Part shown: in pieces, positions 60,881-64,000 of the stretch | How positions within the stretch are numbered: the stretch's first letter is position 1 | Layout of the letters: each line of letters starts with the position of its first letter | DNA from: Camelus ferus | Taxonomy: Eukaryota | Assembly (NCBI RefSeq): GCF_009834535.1 | Contig: NC_045697.1 | Location: forward strand, 108,130,001-108,194,000 | Direction of reading: 5' to 3' | Length of the DNA stretch: 64,000 nucleotides | The notes under the pieces: model-generated | The model's database searches: none | Told to the model about the DNA's origin: nothing | The model's input: the letters and a program-made list of their open reading frames with translations, nothing else | Translations under genes and position numbers: made by a program

Positions 60881-62357
60881 CCATATATATATTATCTTTA
60901 TGTATATATTATACAGCATAATTTAAATTTTATTTTAAAAATAAATGTTATCCTCATTATCTAATCTGCCACTTCAAGAAGTGAGGGCTAAACTAAGGAG
61001 GGCGTTGGAGGACTTGTAGAGAGTTCAGAGGTAAGCCGCAAAGATGGTTTTGGGGTGATGGGAGAGGAAAAGTGGGGTTGGGAAGAAGAGGGGTGCAGGC
61101 TGAAAGGCAGGATGAAAGGTCTGTGGTCTTCACTTCTCCCAAGAAGGCTAAGGAGAGATCTGGTCAATCTCTGGGTCTATGCAGGCTCTCTCATGAAGCA
61201 GTGACCCCAAAAAGAAGTGACTTCAAAGTCTGGTATAAGGAATGGGGAACAGGTTTCCTTTTAGGAAGCCCTGGAAGAGGTTGATGGAAGAGGATACCAC
61301 GAGTCCTCTAAGGCAGGAGTTTCCATGTGTCTGGGATGATTTGCTGCTTTGGAAACAGAACAGAATCAGTGCAAAGAGTCAGATTTCTGCAGGGACAAAA
61401 GCTCTGGATCACAGGAAATTACCAGAGACCATTGCCAGGAAATTACTCTGGAATAAACAGAATTATCCAGGGAAAGTCCACATTAAGTGAGTTACAACCC
61501 TCTTTCTAGGTTGTGGACATCAGTGATCTTTGACCAAACTGTACCTATGACAGACCCCAGACCAGACTGTCCCAGAGCACCAAAGGTGGGCAGGCCAATG
61601 GCTCTCATGCTTTTTAAGATTAGGAGAGGCTGGGAGGATTTGGTCAAAGAGCAATCACACTGACAACATTACCAGGGAACTTGGATTATACACAAAGTTT
61701 AAGAGATGGTTGCAATGATTTATCTAAAGAAATATTTGAAAGAAGAAATCAGGTACTTAACCCTTACCAGGCTGATGTAAAAGAGTAAAAAATAAAATCT
61801 TTTGAAGGGCAATAGAAAAAAAAAAGTCCAGAGACTTAATAAAGACAGTTGAATCATTTGGGGAAATTGGGAAAGCACCTGAAGAGAAGTTACAATATGA
61901 GAATGGCAGAGAAAAAAAAAAAGGTTTTTTTAAATGAAGAAGTAAAATCTCTACTCTCTGGACCCTAATTAACCCATTTCTAAATCAATCAGGTCACACT
62001 TCAGGAAAAATGCGGGACATTTAGCCTTAGCAGAGACTTCCTGGCAGGATAAACCACAGTCCGATCTGCTATGGCAATTCCTACATGTTTATTTGTTTTT
62101 TAAAAACTTTGGATGTCTTGAAAGTCAGCCCTGCTGCCCACACCTGGAGTTGAGAATGACAGCCTGAGTGTTGCCAGATTCTCAGTCATCAAAGAACTAT
62201 TCCTTCCTGCTACGTAGATCCCTCTTAGAAGTGTGGGAACAGCCAACGTTATGCTTTAGAAAGAATTTTCAGTCATGGGGGTAGAAGATCAAAGAGGTTT
62301 TCTGTGACTGCTTTTCTTTTTGAACAGTGCTTCCTTTGACAAGAAAATTACATAAAC

Positions 62358-62558
62358 CAAAGGACCTACTATATAGTACAGGGAATTATATTCAGTTTCT
62401 TGTAATAACATATAGTGGAAAAGAATCTGAAAAGAGAAAGTATCAATGTATGTATATGCATAACAGAATCACTTTGCTGTACACCTGAAACTAACATGGT
62501 AAATCAACTACACTTCAGTAAAAAAAAAAAAATTTTAATTAAAAGAAAAGAAAAGAAA
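62358..62558 (+). mobile_element. Short lineage L1 3' end with long A-rich tail
   Basis: ggacctactatatagtacagggaattatattcag...gctgtacacctgaaactaac; perfect 19-bp TSD aagaaaattacataaacca at 62341-62359 and 62559-62577. Confidence 0.95.
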
Positions 62559-62589
62559 AAGAAAATTACATAAACCAGAACATGCTTCT

Positions 62590-62722
62590 TTCATTAATTT
62601 ATTCATGTATTTAGTCATTCGACAAATAGTTATTGAACACGTATTAAGTGCCAGGAACAGTGCTAGTCGTGAAGGTTAAAGAACAAACAGTTCCTGCGGT
62701 CAGGAAGTCCACAGTCTGACCA
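62590..62722 (-). mobile_element. L2 3' end
   Basis: cattcgacaaatagttattgaacac...gtgccaggaacagtgctag...caggaagtccacagtct. Confidence 0.8.
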
Positions 62723-62824
62723 AAGATTCTTGTTGATTGGGTACTTTTATGAAATGTACCAACAATGTCTTTGAGGTACCGTTTTCTCAATATGAATTAA
62801 CTTTCCAATGAAGACATGCTTCCA

Positions 62825-63210
62825 TTTGCACCCTCCTCGTCCACTCTCTACCCTCCTCCATCCTCCTCTGCCCTGGAAGCTGGTCTGTGTGCCCTCTGGC
62901 TTTTGGTTGGGTTCAGCCAGTGCGAGGTGAGGCAGGAGATGATGGAAGAGGGGACAGGGGGGTTGAAGTGTTTATTTCCCCAGCTTCCCACCTGCTGTGT
63001 TTCTCTATAAAGACCAGTGGGGAACGCTCTCCAGACACTGCTCTTCATAACTGAGGGTGGAATGGCTCCCCACTATTGATCACCTGGGGTCCAGCACTAT
63101 TCCTGTTGGTTTCCTAAACCAGCCCACACCTTTGTAAATGGTTCCTTTATTAAACTCTCTCTGAATTATCTAGCTTCAGGTTGCCATTTGTTTCACACCT
63201 TCCTGAAACA
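62825..63210 (+). mobile_element. LTR33-like ERVL LTR
   Basis: tgccctctggcttttggttgggttcagcca...cccacacctttgtaaatggttcctttattaaactctct...tgccatttgtttc. Confidence 0.8.
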
Positions 63211-64000
63211 GAGCGGGGAGGGATATCGTCATTAAAGGAAAAAACAAGGTATCTGTTCTAGATGATTTCTGGGACCAGTATTAATTGAATACTTTGAGGA
63301 AGCCTTAATTCAAACAATCCTTATTCATAATTGTTTCTTTTCTGATATGTAAGTCAGTAGCATCCTGTGAGATGTTAGCAGATCATAGATTTTAAAGCTT
63401 TTCCTGTTTCTTTTAGCACCAAGGAAACTGTAAACCTACTAATTTCATGACATCATCTATTTCTCAGCCTTGGTGTTTGTGTAAGCTCTCGTCCCACAGC
63501 TAGGAAGAGTGGTGTCCTATCTTCAGGTTCAATCTGATGTGAGTTCCCACAGCAGATCTGGACCTCAAGCATCAGGACTTGGCATCGGGTTTGCTGCCTT
63601 CTAGTCTAGCTGTGACCTTGTGCCTCCCTCCTCATTTCTGTACCTCTTCGTCCATTCTCTCTGGGACTTGAAATCCTACTTTAACCAGTACCCATCTCAG
63701 GAATACCCCTCCCATAGGTGGCTGTTTCCAATTGGGGTACAGAGGCTGGGATCTGTCTCTCGGCTCACCTCCAGTGCTCACCAAAAGTGTGGTTGCATCT
63801 CCAAAAAGGGCTTGGTCCCCACTTCTGAGTCCTGCCTTCATAATTCACCACCCCTACCCTGTCCCTAAAGAGAAGGACACCTCTGGAAATGCCAACTAAC
63901 TCATTTATTAAGTGGCTACTGTGTTCTAGGCTCTATTCTAGGTCCTGTGGAGACTGGTTTTATATTGCATTTAGAAAGTAGGAAAAAATGATTGAATCCT

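Noticed and set aside
1..64000. Novel prokaryote-type system (CRISPR array, operon, defence island), or L1 strand bias as proof of intronic location
   Set aside because: The sequence is clearly mammalian with no regularly spaced repeat-spacer array or gene cluster. L1 copies occur about equally on both strands, so orientation gives no evidence either way.

Overview
This is mammalian nuclear DNA, most likely from a camelid: it carries four copies of a tRNA-derived SINE resembling camelid vic-1 plus cetartiodactyl-type L1 3' ends, and I saw no Alu, Bov-A/Bov-tA, PRE-1 or Can-SINE. I found no protein-coding exon I can support. The long ORFs in the track are chance ORFs or decayed L1/hAT remnants. 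The only gene-like signals are a probable non-coding, minus-strand 5' exon at about 446-760 (strong TTG|GTAAGT donor, GC box, uORFs) and a repeat-free, motif-dense island at about 48.5-50.4 kb that may be a second, possibly bidirectional, promoter. The rest is intronic or upstream sequence dense in interspersed repeats: MIR, L2, old and lineage-specific L1, MaLR/ERVL/ERV1 solo LTRs and hAT DNA transposons. The best-supported observations are retrotransposition signatures readable directly from target-site duplications (TSDs): an internally primed L1, two twin-primed L1 inversions, short 3' transductions and nested insertions. I found no evidence of a previously undescribed biological system. 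Repeat family names come from my recollection of consensus sequences and need RepeatMasker/Dfam confirmation; boundaries of old repeats are approximate.
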